From assembly GCA_029864735.1 (NCBI GenBank), contig JAOTSW010000003.1, forward strand, positions 1 through 46,751: DNA of 46,751 nt, in the 5' to 3' direction. Both the position numbers and the translations under genes were made by a program. The notes below the pieces were generated by a model, which was given only the letters and a program-made list of their open reading frames with translations, did no database searches and was not told where the DNA came from. Every line of letters begins with the position of its first letter. Position 1 is the first letter of the stretch. Origin of the DNA: Chromatiales bacterium (GTDB taxonomy: Bacteria > Pseudomonadota > Gammaproteobacteria > Steroidobacterales > BM003). Positions 27,818 to 37,145 of the stretch are shown here, piece after piece.

Positions 27818-28696
27818 TTATCCACGCCGCGCCAGTTTTTGGCGCAAGCCGAACCAGTTATCCAAATATCCGAACATTGCCAGCAGTGGAAGCGCCACCT
27901 GCAAAAGCAGCACCAGCATTGCGTAAACCACTATCAGCATTGCCATCGGCCAACCGCCCTCGGAGACCAGGAAGTGAGCTAACGACAGGCCCTGCAACAT
28001 CAGCAAGACAACGAAAACCCACATCACGTTCTCAACCCAGAGACCGCCGACCAGCATGGCAGTCACAACGACCAGTGTGGACACCGCGGTCAGAACTGTT
28101 CCCAACTTCATCTGCCGGAATTCAGCTCCAAAACGTCCCGCAAGCTCTTCCAACCCGTCCTGCCACACCCGTCCTACAAACAGGCCGGCCAGGCAAACCA
28201 GTGTAACAAGCCCGGTCATGACTCCCGGCATTACCCGAAAAATCGAGTTCCAGCTTTCCTCGGACAATTCCTGCCCAGCAGCACTGAACTGTTCCTTCAC
28301 CGGTCCCATTACTTCGCCCAACACACTTGCCGGGTCCGGCAACAGGACCAACACCAAAGAAACAGCTACCACCCCAAGGATCGCCGCCACCTGGAAAACC
28401 AGATTTAGCGATCGGTACCCCTGCAGCAATCCAGCCAGCAGTAGTACCGGGCCCCACATCACGCCGGTCACTTCCAGCATGGGCACGGGGTCACCCCCGG
28501 ATACCAGGGCCACACCGGCCAGTAAGACCATGGCGAGCGCGGCGGTCATCAGCGACTGTTTGACTCCTCGTTGCAGAGCAACCAGGGCGAGCAAACCGCT
28601 GCTAAGCACTCCAAGAAACGGAAGCAAAGACAACGCAGCAACCAGTGTGACCTGGCGGTGCTGCCTCTGCATAATCCAACGCAGGATACCGTTCAT
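27818..28696 (-). CDS. Polytopic membrane protein, DUF2232/YybS-like
   Basis: Multiple TM helices, GRVWQ..FGAEFRQ, QGLSLAH, GYLDNWFGLR; lies between rpsR and rplI as in Pseudomonas-like genomes. Confidence 0.75.
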   Translation of the reverse strand: MNGILRWIMQRQHRQVTLVAALSLLPFLGVLSSGLLALVALQRGVKQSLMTAALAMVLLAGVALVSGGDPVPMLEVTGVMWGPVLLLAGLLQGYRSLNLVFQVAAILGVVAVSLVLVLLPDPASVLGEVMGPVKEQFSAAGQELSEESWNSIFRVMPGVMTGLVTLVCLAGLFVGRVWQDGLEELAGRFGAEFRQMKLGTVLTAVSTLVVVTAMLVGGLWVENVMWVFVVLLMLQGLSLAHFLVSEGGWPMAMLIVVYAMLVLLLQVALPLLAMFGYLDNWFGLRQKLARRG

Positions 28697-28750
28697 CAGT
28701 ATTCAAAAATCACTGCCCCACACAACCGATGCGAGGCAGCGACCATAGCC

Positions 28751-28975
28751 CTAGTGGCTATCGGTGTAAGGCAGCAGCGCCAGGAAGCGGGCACGCTTTA
28801 CAGCGGTGGCCAGCTGACGCTGATAATTTGCCTTGGTACCGGTAATACGACTGGGAACGATCTTCCCGGTCTCGGTGATGTAATTCTTCAGGGTGTTGAG
28901 ATCCTTGTAATCAATCTCTTTAACACCATCAGCAGTGAAGCGGCAGAACCTGCGGCGACGAAAATAACGTGACAT
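28751..28975 (-). CDS. rpsR: 30S ribosomal protein S18
   Basis: [34 protein letters not shown]. Confidence 0.99.
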   Translation of the reverse strand: MSRYFRRRRFCRFTADGVKEIDYKDLNTLKNYITETGKIVPSRITGTKANYQRQLATAVKRARFLALLPYTDSH

Positions 28976-29019
28976 GGCTTAATCCTCTATCGAATTCAAT
29001 TCAGCAAAGATACGGTGAC

Positions 29020-29487
29020 TTACTCTTCTTCCGAGAAATCGTCTTCAGATTCTTCGGCAGGAGCATCGTCATCATCAGCACTGGCTTCCTCATCACCACC
29101 TTCGGTGGCACGAGGGGCACGTGCGGCATCACGTTCTGCGCGCTCGCTTTCGCGACGACGCTCCTCTTCCACGGACTTGGCCATGTGTGAGGGTTCGGTG
29201 ACGGCTTCTTCGCGGCCAAGGACCATGTGTCGAATGATTGCATCATTGAACTTGAACAGGGTCGTCAGCTCATCAAGGCTTTCCTGGCCGCACTCAATAT
29301 TCAGCATCAGGTAATGGGCCTTGTGAATCTTGTTGATCGGGTATGCCAACTGGCGACGGCCCCAATCTTCCTCACGGTGGATGACACCACCGCCGGTCTG
29401 GATCATACCTTTATAACGTTCGAGCATGGCAGGCACCTGCTCGCTCTGATCCGGGTGGACCAGAAAGACCACTTCGTAATGTCTCAT
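29020..29487 (-). CDS. rpsF: 30S ribosomal protein S6
   Basis: [30 protein letters not shown]; long acidic tail. Confidence 0.99.
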   Translation of the reverse strand: MRHYEVVFLVHPDQSEQVPAMLERYKGMIQTGGGVIHREEDWGRRQLAYPINKIHKAHYLMLNIECGQESLDELTTLFKFNDAIIRHMVLGREEAVTEPSHMAKSVEEERRRESERAERDAARAPRATEGGDEEASADDDDAPAEESEDDFSEEE

Positions 29488-29491
29488 TGTA

Positions 29492-29538
29492 GCTCCCTTC
29501 GGGCTTTGGGCCTCCCAATTAGTGGTGAGGCAGAGAGA
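29492..29538 (-). promoter_or_regulatory. S6:S18 ribosomal protein leader (autoregulatory RNA)
   Basis: Minus strand reads TCTCT-GCCTC-N12-GAGGC-CCAAAGC-CCG-AAGGGAG-N5-ATG: an inner GCCTC/GAGGC stem, an unpaired CCG, and an outer stem that can sequester the SD, like the E. coli rpsF leader. Confidence 0.7.
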
Positions 29539-29581
29539 AATTCAAACCCCTGGCAGGCATAGACCTGTCCAAGGGCGGGCA

Positions 29582-29610
29582 ATGGTACCCAAGGACCCGG
29601 CTAAAAACAA
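29582..29610 (-). promoter_or_regulatory. Sigma70 promoter of the rpsF operon
   Basis: TTGTTT-N17-TACCAT followed by a GC-rich discriminator (GCCCGCCC). Confidence 0.55.
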
Positions 29611-29671
29611 GCCAATCCAAGTTCTTTCAATAGCTTGAGCAAGGCGGGAAACAACCTGAAACCCGAAAATC

Positions 29672-30415
29672 CTACAGCGAGCGCTGGCGAACCGCCTCGT
29701 AGGCCATGACCCCCAGGGCCACCGACACGTTCAGGCTCTCGACAATACCCTCCATGGGCAGTCGCACCAGGACATCACACCGCTCTGAAGTAAGGCGCCT
29801 CAGACCCCTGCCCTCTGCGCCCATAACCAGCGCCAGCGGGCCACTCAGGTCCGTCTGGTGGTACATGGCGGGGCCATGCTCATCGGCCCCCACCAGGGTC
29901 AGGCCCAGTTCCTTGAGTAGCAGCATGGTCCGGCTCAGGTTGGTCACCCGGATCAGGGGCACGGTCTCCGCGGCCCCGGAGGCAACCTTCCTGGCCGCGG
30001 GGGTCAGGCTGGCTGCCCGGTCCTTGGGCACGACAACTGCGCAAGCCCCCACCGCATCCGCAGTTCTCATACAGGCACCCAGGTTATGGGGGTCCTGCAC
30101 ACCGTCCAGTATCAGCACCAGCGGTCTGGGGCCGGCGCCGGCCACCAGGTCAGGCAATTCCGGCTCGTTCCACTGGCGGGGCACACGCAGGCGCGCCGCC
30201 ACACCCTGGTGGGAGGCATCCGGCAGCAGGTGGTTGAGGTCCTTGCGACCCAGGCGCTTCACCGGCAATCCGGCCTGCTCTACCAACTGGCGAGTCTCGT
30301 TCATGCGCTTGTCCTGGCGTTCATCCACCAGCAGAACTTCGATCACCCGGGACGCCGAACGCGCCACCATGGCTCGCACCGCGTGGTGCCCGAAAATCAA
30401 ACTTCCTTCGCTCAC
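29672..30415 (-). CDS. rlmB: 23S rRNA (Gm2251) 2'-O-methyltransferase
   Basis: HQGV, LDGVQDPHNLGACMR, GAEGRG, ESLNVSVA; GTGA overlap with rnr. Confidence 0.96.
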   Translation of the reverse strand: MSEGSLIFGHHAVRAMVARSASRVIEVLLVDERQDKRMNETRQLVEQAGLPVKRLGRKDLNHLLPDASHQGVAARLRVPRQWNEPELPDLVAGAGPRPLVLILDGVQDPHNLGACMRTADAVGACAVVVPKDRAASLTPAARKVASGAAETVPLIRVTNLSRTMLLLKELGLTLVGADEHGPAMYHQTDLSGPLALVMGAEGRGLRRLTSERCDVLVRLPMEGIVESLNVSVALGVMAYEAVRQRSL

Positions 30416-32760
30416 GATTTACCTTTATTCGTTACGCTTTTTCGCCTTTTTTCTGGAGTTGCCGACTTTTTCGCTGTATTTCCTTGCTTTTTCTTGGGAT
30501 TTCCACCTTTTTTCCGAATCCCGCCGCCCTTTTTCCGCCTTTCGGTACCGCCCTCATCTTTGTGACGGCTCACGTCGCCTTCCTTGCTGACCAGATCGAA
30601 ATCGATCTTGCGGTCCTCAAGGCTGGCGCGGGCCACCCTGACCTGCAGCCTGTCTCCCAACTGGAAGATACGTCCGCTTCGGCTGCCTATGAGCCGATAG
30701 CGAGGCCTGTCCAGGTCGAAGTATTCGCTGCCCAGGGCGCTCACGTGCACCAGGCCATCAATTTGCAGGGTATCCAGCTGCACGAACACCCCGAACTGGG
30801 TCACGCCGCTGATCGTGCCCTGGAACTCCTGGCCCAGCTTGTCCTGCATGAATTCAGTCTTCAGCCAGCCCATGGCTTCCCGGGTGGCGTCATCAGCACG
30901 CCGTTCGCAACGCGAGCAGTGATCACCCAGACCTTCCATTTCCACCAGCGAATAGGTGTAGGCGCCGGGCTTGCCACCGTCCAGCAAGTGCCCGATGGCC
31001 CGATGCACCAGCAAGTCGGGGTAACGCCTGATTGGCGAGGTAAAATGGGCGTATTCGCCCAGGGCCAGGCCGAAGTGCCCACCACTGCCCGGCTTGTACA
31101 CGGCCTGGGCCAGGGAGCGCAGCATCACGGTCTCGATCAAGGCGGCGTCGGGCCGGTCCTGGACCAGCTCGATGACCTTGCTCAACATTTCCGGCTTGAA
31201 GGTGGAACCGGGATTAAACGGAACTCCCACGGCGGCCAGGAACAGCTTCAGCTCTTCCAGGCGGTCCTCGTCGGGTCCGGCATGCACCCTATACAGGGAG
31301 GGAATGCGCGCCTTGCGCAGGAACCTTGCGGCCTCCACGTTGGCGGCGATCATGCATTCCTCGATCAACTTGTGGGCATCGCTGCGCACCCGCTCGTGGA
31401 TTGCAGCCACCCTGCCCCGTTCGTCAAATTCCAGGGTATTCTCGGGAATCTCGAAATCTATCGCGCCGCGTTTCTTGCGAGCGCCCAGCAGCGCCTTGTA
31501 TAGGGAATACAGGGTCTCCAGACCCTCAACCCGGGCCTGGAAGCGTTCCCGCAGCCGTTCATCGCCATGCTGGATGATTCCCGCCACCTGCTCGTAGGTG
31601 AAGCGCTGGGCCGAACGCATCACGCCCCGGAAGAACCGGGAACGGGTCACCTTGCCCTGCTTGTCGATGCGCATCTCACACACCAGGCACAGCCGGTCCA
31701 CATCCGGTTTCAAGGAGCACAGCCCGTTGGACAGGGCCTCGGGAAGCATGGGAATCACCCGGTTGGGGAAATATACCGACGTGCCCCGGTTCCGGGCCTC
31801 GGCATCCAGGGCCGTGCCATGCACGACGTAGTGGGATACGTCCGCAATGGCCACCAGCAATTTCCAGCCGCTGCCATCGGGCTCGCAATACACCGCGTCA
31901 TCAAAGTCCCTGGCATCAGCACCATCGATAGTGACCAGCGGCAGCTTGCGCAGATCCTCCCGGCCCTGCTTGGCGCTCTCGGGCACGGCCTCGCCAAAGG
32001 CCACCATCTCCTGCGCCACCTCATCCGGCCACAGGAATGGCAGGTTGTGGGCGTGGACGGCAATCTCGGTTTCCATGCCCGGATCGTTTTCTTCCCCCAG
32101 CACGCGACTGATTCGCCCTACCGGGTAGGTAGTCTGTCCCGGCGGCGCGGTAATTTCGGCAATAACAATCTGGCCTGGCTGGGCGCCTCCCCGGTGCTTG
32201 GGGCCGATCAGAATCTCGTGGGTAATCCGGGGATTATCCGGTACCACGAACCCTATGCCGCCTTGGGCGACGTAGCGGCCCACCACCTGGGTGTTGGCTC
32301 GCTCGAAGACCTCGGCCACCGCCCCCTCGGGACGGCCCTTGCGATCGTAGGACTTGATACGCACGGCAATGCGGTCACCGTGCATCACTTCCCGCATCTG
32401 GCGGGCAGACAGGAACACGTCGTCGGAGCCATCTTCGGGTATCAAGAAGCCGAACCCGTCCCGATGGCCCTGGACGACACCCGTCACCAGGTGAATCCGC
32501 GCGGTCAGGCAGTACTCGCCCTTGCGATTGATAATCAGCTGCCCGTCCCGGCCCATGGCCCCCAGGCGCTTGCGCATGGCCTGGCGCTGGGGCTCGCCTT
32601 TAAGCTTCAGGGCAGAGAAAATTTCCCGGGCAGCCAGGGGTCTTCCCTCGGCCTCCAGCAATGCCAGGACCTCGTCCCGGCCCGGGATCGTGAACGCATA
32701 ATCCGCCTGGCTACGCGGGCCTGAACCCGAACGCCCCGGCTTGTTGTTTGTGTTGCTCAA
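30412..32760 (-). CDS. rnr: Ribonuclease R
   Basis: HRDGFGF, TIDGADARDFDDA, IADVSHY, RGTSVYFP, HFTSPIRRYPDL, S1 domain, Lys-rich tail. TTG start at 32760 with AGGA upstream; the ORF-track start at 32799 overlaps the tRNA promoter. Confidence 0.97.
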   Translation of the reverse strand: MSNTNNKPGRSGSGPRSQADYAFTIPGRDEVLALLEAEGRPLAAREIFSALKLKGEPQRQAMRKRLGAMGRDGQLIINRKGEYCLTARIHLVTGVVQGHRDGFGFLIPEDGSDDVFLSARQMREVMHGDRIAVRIKSYDRKGRPEGAVAEVFERANTQVVGRYVAQGGIGFVVPDNPRITHEILIGPKHRGGAQPGQIVIAEITAPPGQTTYPVGRISRVLGEENDPGMETEIAVHAHNLPFLWPDEVAQEMVAFGEAVPESAKQGREDLRKLPLVTIDGADARDFDDAVYCEPDGSGWKLLVAIADVSHYVVHGTALDAEARNRGTSVYFPNRVIPMLPEALSNGLCSLKPDVDRLCLVCEMRIDKQGKVTRSRFFRGVMRSAQRFTYEQVAGIIQHGDERLRERFQARVEGLETLYSLYKALLGARKKRGAIDFEIPENTLEFDERGRVAAIHERVRSDAHKLIEECMIAANVEAARFLRKARIPSLYRVHAGPDEDRLEELKLFLAAVGVPFNPGSTFKPEMLSKVIELVQDRPDAALIETVMLRSLAQAVYKPGSGGHFGLALGEYAHFTSPIRRYPDLLVHRAIGHLLDGGKPGAYTYSLVEMEGLGDHCSRCERRADDATREAMGWLKTEFMQDKLGQEFQGTISGVTQFGVFVQLDTLQIDGLVHVSALGSEYFDLDRPRYRLIGSRSGRIFQLGDRLQVRVARASLEDRKIDFDLVSKEGDVSRHKDEGGTERRKKGGGIRKKGGNPKKKQGNTAKKSATPEKRRKSVTNKGKS

Positions 32761-32788
32761 AAAGTATGTCCTGGAAAAAGAATCAAGG

Positions 32789-32817
32789 TTGACAAGCATA
32801 CAACGTCTACGTAAAGT
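32789..32817 (+). promoter_or_regulatory. Stable-RNA sigma70 promoter of tRNA-Leu
   Basis: TTGACA-N17-TAAAGT followed by a GC-rich discriminator (CGCCCTCC). Confidence 0.8.
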
Positions 32818-32857
32818 TCGCCCTCCAGCCAGGGTCCGGTTCCCGGATCCAGCCTAT

Positions 32858-32944
32858 GCCCAGGTGGCGGAATTGGTAGACGCGCTAGCTTCAGGTGCTA
32901 GTTATCGCAAGGTAGTGGAGGTTCAAGTCCTCTCCTGGGCACCA
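32858..32944 (+). tRNA. tRNA-Leu(CAG)
   Basis: Acceptor stem GCCCAGG/CCTGGGC plus ACCA, D-loop GGAATTGGTAGAC, anticodon stem CTAGC-ttCAGgt-GCTAG, long variable arm, T-loop GTTCAAGTC. Confidence 0.97.
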
Positions 32945-32950
32945 TGATCC

Positions 32951-32977
32951 CGCCCCTTTTCAGGGGCGTTTTCATTT
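32951..32977 (+). terminator. Rho-independent terminator after tRNA-Leu
   Basis: CGCCCCT-TTTC-AGGGGCG stem followed by TTTTCATTT. Confidence 0.85.
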
Positions 32978-33134
32978 CCGGATTCCGCAATTGCGCAAGC
33001 CCTGCCACCGACCGACTTTCACTCTCGATCCGCTAGCGAATAGTGACGGGAATTCGACTGGTTCTACACCATGGGCAGCGACCCGGCCGCCACCCTCCCC
33101 GGGCAACTTCGAAATCCGCGCATGAGCGACTGGA

Positions 33135-33174
33135 CCGGAAGCAAATCGCCGCTTCCGGGGCCGAGAATCGGCCC
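33135..33174. terminator. Twin hairpins just after the stop of the minus-strand hypothetical gene
   Basis: CCGGAAGC/GCTTCCGG (8 bp) and GGGCCGA/TCGGCCC (7 bp); no U-tract. Confidence 0.35.
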
Positions 33175-33175
33175 G

Positions 33176-33634
33176 TCAGGCCAGCCGCCGGTAAAAGCGA
33201 ACGATAGCCTCCTCGGCTGCGAGCATCACCATGACCACGACGATAAAGGCGACGATGCCGTGGAAAGCGCCAAGGAACTGCACCTCGTCACCGAAGGCCA
33301 GGTCGATGGCCTCGAGAATAATAAACTTGGAGAGAAACAGGATCAGCCAGGCGGTGAAATAGCGCATGAACTTCGCCATGGCCCCGGACCTGGCGTTAAA
33401 GAAATCCGCCACCTTGTGCTCCAGCACCAGGGTCAACTTGAGCAACACCTGTAGCAGTACCGCTGCCAGCAGGGAAATGGTGAAGGAATTGATCACCACC
33501 TTGTCCCAGTACTCTACAAACAGGTTCAGTACCACCAGGTCAATGAGGATGGCGGTGAAGTAGCGCAGGAACAGCCGCTGGCCATTTGAAGGAGTTTCTG
33601 CCGACGCGAGCTGTGGAAATTTCGTGTTACTCAT
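33176..33634 (-). CDS. Hypothetical 4-TM membrane protein
   Basis: 152 aa from ATG 33634 with GAGGGA upstream; four hydrophobic segments; coding-like composition. Confidence 0.75.
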   Translation of the reverse strand: MSNTKFPQLASAETPSNGQRLFLRYFTAILIDLVVLNLFVEYWDKVVINSFTISLLAAVLLQVLLKLTLVLEHKVADFFNARSGAMAKFMRYFTAWLILFLSKFIILEAIDLAFGDEVQFLGAFHGIVAFIVVVMVMLAAEEAIVRFYRRLA

Positions 33635-33816
33635 GCACCGATCCCTCTCTTTGGCTGGCTGCCTGTGAGCCATTGTAGCCGCAGTTGCAGCACATTGAAC
33701 ACAAACCTGGCCGAGAGTCATGACAATCAGACCGAGCGTTTTACCATTGCCACATCTTTAGAACGCAATGCCAGTGTAAACTCGTTATTGTTCGCGCTCC
33801 GCCTCCCCGCTTCAGA

Positions 33817-36474
33817 TTATCCGTCCAGCAGCTCCCTGATACGCGCAAAATACTTGGGCAGGTCAAAGGGCTTGGTTAGTCGGTTCTCAACCAGCTTCCT
33901 GTCCGCCTTTCCGGAATCCACGTTCTCGGAATAACCGGTAACAATCTGGATTTTTACAGTCGGCCACCTGTCCTGGACGATGCTCGAAAGCTCATAACCG
34001 TCTATTTCGCCCATGATCGCGTCAGTCAGAAGCAAATCGACATGCTGGTTCTCAAGCACCTCGATTGCCCCCGGTCCGTCAGCCGCACAAATAACCGTGT
34101 AACCTTTTGCCGTCAGCAGCTGCTCGGACAACTGGAGTAGCGCAGGCTCGTCATCAACAACCAGGATGGTTTCATTGCCGCCGACATCAATGGCTGGGGT
34201 TTTCTCCTCAGCCGATCTTACCTGGGCGGCGACGTGAGAGATCCTTGGGAAAAAGAAAGAGAACTGACTACCCTCTCCAAGGGTAGATTCGACACTGATG
34301 CCACCGCCGCACTGCTTGGCAAACCCATAAACCTGGGCAAGCCCCAGGCCGGTTCCCATTTCACCTTTAGTGGTATAGAAGGGATCGAAAATCAGCTCCA
34401 GCTCAGATTGCTCCATGCCACACCCCGTGTCCTGGAAGCTCAACCTGACATAATCGCCAGCCTCTACCTGGAGAACTTCTGCCTCCGATTTACTCAAAAC
34501 AACATTGTCTGTCGATATAGTCAGGCAACCAGTGCCCGGCATGGCATGCATGGCATTAATACTGAGATTCAGGATCGCATTTTCCAGGTCACTGGTGTTT
34601 AACACGACGGGCCACAAGCCTGGCGCTGGATTCACAGACAAGCTGATGCGCGCTGTTAGCGTCGTCTCCAGCATGTGCTTTTGTTCCAGCAGGAACGAAT
34701 TGAGATTCACCACTTCTTCGTCTGCGGCAGATTTGCGGGCGAAGGTCAGAAGTTTCGCGGTTAGCCTTGCACCACGCTCCCCGGCATGTCGGATAGCACT
34801 TGCATACCCCGCCAGCTTTTGCTGGTCGCGTAATTCGTTCTCCAGAATGTCCGCATAGCCCAGGATAACCCCAAGCATGTTGTTGTAGTCGTGAGCGATT
34901 CCGCCACTTAGCTTGCCCAGCGCATCCATCTTCTTGCTGCGTTCAAGCGTCGCTTCCAGCAACAAGCGACGGGATGAGTCAAACACCACGCTCAACAAGT
35001 CGGCGATGGAAATAATGAACGCCTTCTCTTCGACCTTCCATACACGTTTCGGCCCGGTATGCTCCAGGCACACAACACCGGCCATCTCACCTGAAAAATG
35101 AAACGGCGCATCAAGCATCGAGGTTATGCCATTGGTGGGGAAGTATTCAGCGGTGAATTCCCTTGTGTTCGGCTCGGCATACACATCATCAAAAGACAGA
35201 ACTCTATCGCTGAGTACAGATTCAAAATACGAGGGAAAATCCTTGGCCAGCAAAACCATTCCAGTTGAATGGGATCTCAATTCAGAATTCCAGAGATTCT
35301 CGCATCGAATAGACAGCGCATCCTTCTCAAGAATCCATACACCCACTCGCGTAACCTGCAGTAACTGACTGATTTCCTCCGTCAGGTAATCCAAAAACCC
35401 GGGGAAATCCGAGCTGACGAAACATTTGTTCTTGATAAGTTTTGCCAACACCTCGTTGTAACGGGTGACCTGCTCCTGCCTTTCGCGCTCTTCCCGCAGA
35501 AGGGTTTTCTGCTCCGTGACATCTCTCAGGGACGCGACTGCACCAAGGACTTCTCCGGAGGAACTCACCAGCCTTCGCCCTGTCGCTTGGAGGACCACGC
35601 TTGGTTGCGATTTTGGTGTAATGACCATTTCTCTGTCCTGGACCTCATCTCCCTCCAGGGCTCGAAGCAGTGGCGCAAGCTCTTCTGGCAGAGGCGTAAC
35701 ACCATCGGCTTCGTACATGTCGTAGCAGTTCTTCCATTGACTCACTTCGGTGAGCCGTCCGGGGATACCGTGAATCTTTCGGAAGGCCTGATTGACATAC
35801 GTGATCTTCGCATCCCGATCGCAGGCAATCAGGCCATCGGCAACGCAGTCCAGCACGGCGTCCTGGAACACCAACAGTTCCTCCCGGCTTCGTTGCTCGT
35901 TTCTTATTGCGGAAATATCCTCCACGCTGGACCAGATCATCTTTTCGCCATTGAGCTCGAGAAACATTCCCTGCAGGCGCACATCCACAAGGTGCCCGTC
36001 CTTGTGGATGTACTGCTTTTCAAACGGCCCATATCGCCCGGTACGCTCCAGGCTATCGAGCATCTCGCGCTCTTTGTCATAGTATTCGACGGGTGTTATC
36101 TCCCAGTAGCTGAGAGCTAGAACTTCCTCGATGCTGCGCCCGATAATGTTGGCGTAGGCTGCGTTTACATCTACCAAGTCCCCTTTCTTGCTGGCCAACG
36201 CCAGGCCAATCGTGGATTCCTCGAATAGAATCCTGTTGTAGATGTCGCTGCTACTTTGACGATTCCAGCGGCGAGTCAGCAACCAATACAACAAGGCCGC
36301 CGTCACCGCGAGAAACCCCCAGACCTTTATAGATTCGATGCTGACCAACAGGCTCGGGTCGCTGATGAATCGCGCAGCAAACTTGTCCAGAGACAAATTC
36401 AGCACCACGCCCACTGCGACGTACGTCAACGATATTCTGATTGCCGACCAGTGCTGCTGGTTCTTCCCCGTCAT
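33817..36474 (-). CDS. Hybrid sensor histidine kinase (2TM-PAS-PAS-GAF-HisKA-HATPase-REC)
   Basis: H-box GGIAHDYNNML, N-box NLSINAMHAM, DTGCGM, FDPFYTTK, GTGLGL; receiver VVDDE, LLTD, TKPF; GAF SMLDAP..GVVCLEH. Probable start 36474. Confidence 0.92.
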   Translation of the reverse strand: MTGKNQQHWSAIRISLTYVAVGVVLNLSLDKFAARFISDPSLLVSIESIKVWGFLAVTAALLYWLLTRRWNRQSSSDIYNRILFEESTIGLALASKKGDLVDVNAAYANIIGRSIEEVLALSYWEITPVEYYDKEREMLDSLERTGRYGPFEKQYIHKDGHLVDVRLQGMFLELNGEKMIWSSVEDISAIRNEQRSREELLVFQDAVLDCVADGLIACDRDAKITYVNQAFRKIHGIPGRLTEVSQWKNCYDMYEADGVTPLPEELAPLLRALEGDEVQDREMVITPKSQPSVVLQATGRRLVSSSGEVLGAVASLRDVTEQKTLLREERERQEQVTRYNEVLAKLIKNKCFVSSDFPGFLDYLTEEISQLLQVTRVGVWILEKDALSIRCENLWNSELRSHSTGMVLLAKDFPSYFESVLSDRVLSFDDVYAEPNTREFTAEYFPTNGITSMLDAPFHFSGEMAGVVCLEHTGPKRVWKVEEKAFIISIADLLSVVFDSSRRLLLEATLERSKKMDALGKLSGGIAHDYNNMLGVILGYADILENELRDQQKLAGYASAIRHAGERGARLTAKLLTFARKSAADEEVVNLNSFLLEQKHMLETTLTARISLSVNPAPGLWPVVLNTSDLENAILNLSINAMHAMPGTGCLTISTDNVVLSKSEAEVLQVEAGDYVRLSFQDTGCGMEQSELELIFDPFYTTKGEMGTGLGLAQVYGFAKQCGGGISVESTLGEGSQFSFFFPRISHVAAQVRSAEEKTPAIDVGGNETILVVDDEPALLQLSEQLLTAKGYTVICAADGPGAIEVLENQHVDLLLTDAIMGEIDGYELSSIVQDRWPTVKIQIVTGYSENVDSGKADRKLVENRLTKPFDLPKYFARIRELLDG

Positions 36475-36722
36475 AGTAAGTCCCGTTGTTGATTCCGTCC
36501 GCCGGGGGCACGCCCAACCGGCCCGGGCAAGGCGAAGCGGCGCGAGGCTTCCCATAGGTCCTGTGTCAGTGAGCGTAATACTGACCCGGGCTCGCGCTGC
36601 CTATTATCGTCTGGCAACCGGGCAGCTATTACAAGCCTGTGCTGGCCAAATACCATGCGCCTGATGCCGTCACCACTGACTGTCACCTGGGCGTGCTACC
36701 GGCTCTGCCGGTATGGGTCACG

Positions 36723-36938
36723 TCAGTCTTCAGGTTCCGCCGGCCCGCCTCCCCACTGATCCCGATGGGCCTGCTCGGCCTGCTGGCGAATGGCGGTATG
36801 GCGGTTATTAAGATTTAGCGATGCGGGATCACAGACCACGGCCCTGATCAGCCCCAGGTCCTCGGCCGCATCAAATATACTGGGGTACCAACTCCTCCAG
36901 TTAGGCAGACGCTGCTCAACTTGTTCCCGCAAAGTCAT
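36723..36938 (-). CDS. Small hypothetical protein (71 aa)
   Basis: ATG start with AGGA upstream, fills the intergenic space, protein-like composition (LPNWRSWYPSIFDAAEDLG). Confidence 0.65.
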   Translation of the reverse strand: MTLREQVEQRLPNWRSWYPSIFDAAEDLGLIRAVVCDPASLNLNNRHTAIRQQAEQAHRDQWGGGPAEPED

Positions 36939-37145
36939 TCAGATATTTCCTGGTTCCTGGCCCGTCCCGTTCCCGCCGGGCGATTAACACGATGAGGACT
37001 ATTGTCCCCGAGGAATACTTAAATGTATATCACGGACGGCCACAATATAGGCTGGCAGGAGTCACAAAATGGATACCCTGTGACCGCACTGCAACACCGA
37101 AAACGGGTGGCGCACAGCTCAGAACAAGGGAGCGAAGGATTGGAT

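Noticed and set aside
29000-29170. Low-complexity TCA/TCT-rich tract as a possible repeat array
   Set aside because: It encodes the Asp/Glu-rich S6 tail and has no repeat-spacer periodicity.
29706-32724. Long plus-strand ORFs (294, 339 and 385 aa) opposite rlmB and rnr
   Set aside because: Shadow ORFs expected from high-GC codon bias of the real minus-strand genes; no recognisable motifs.
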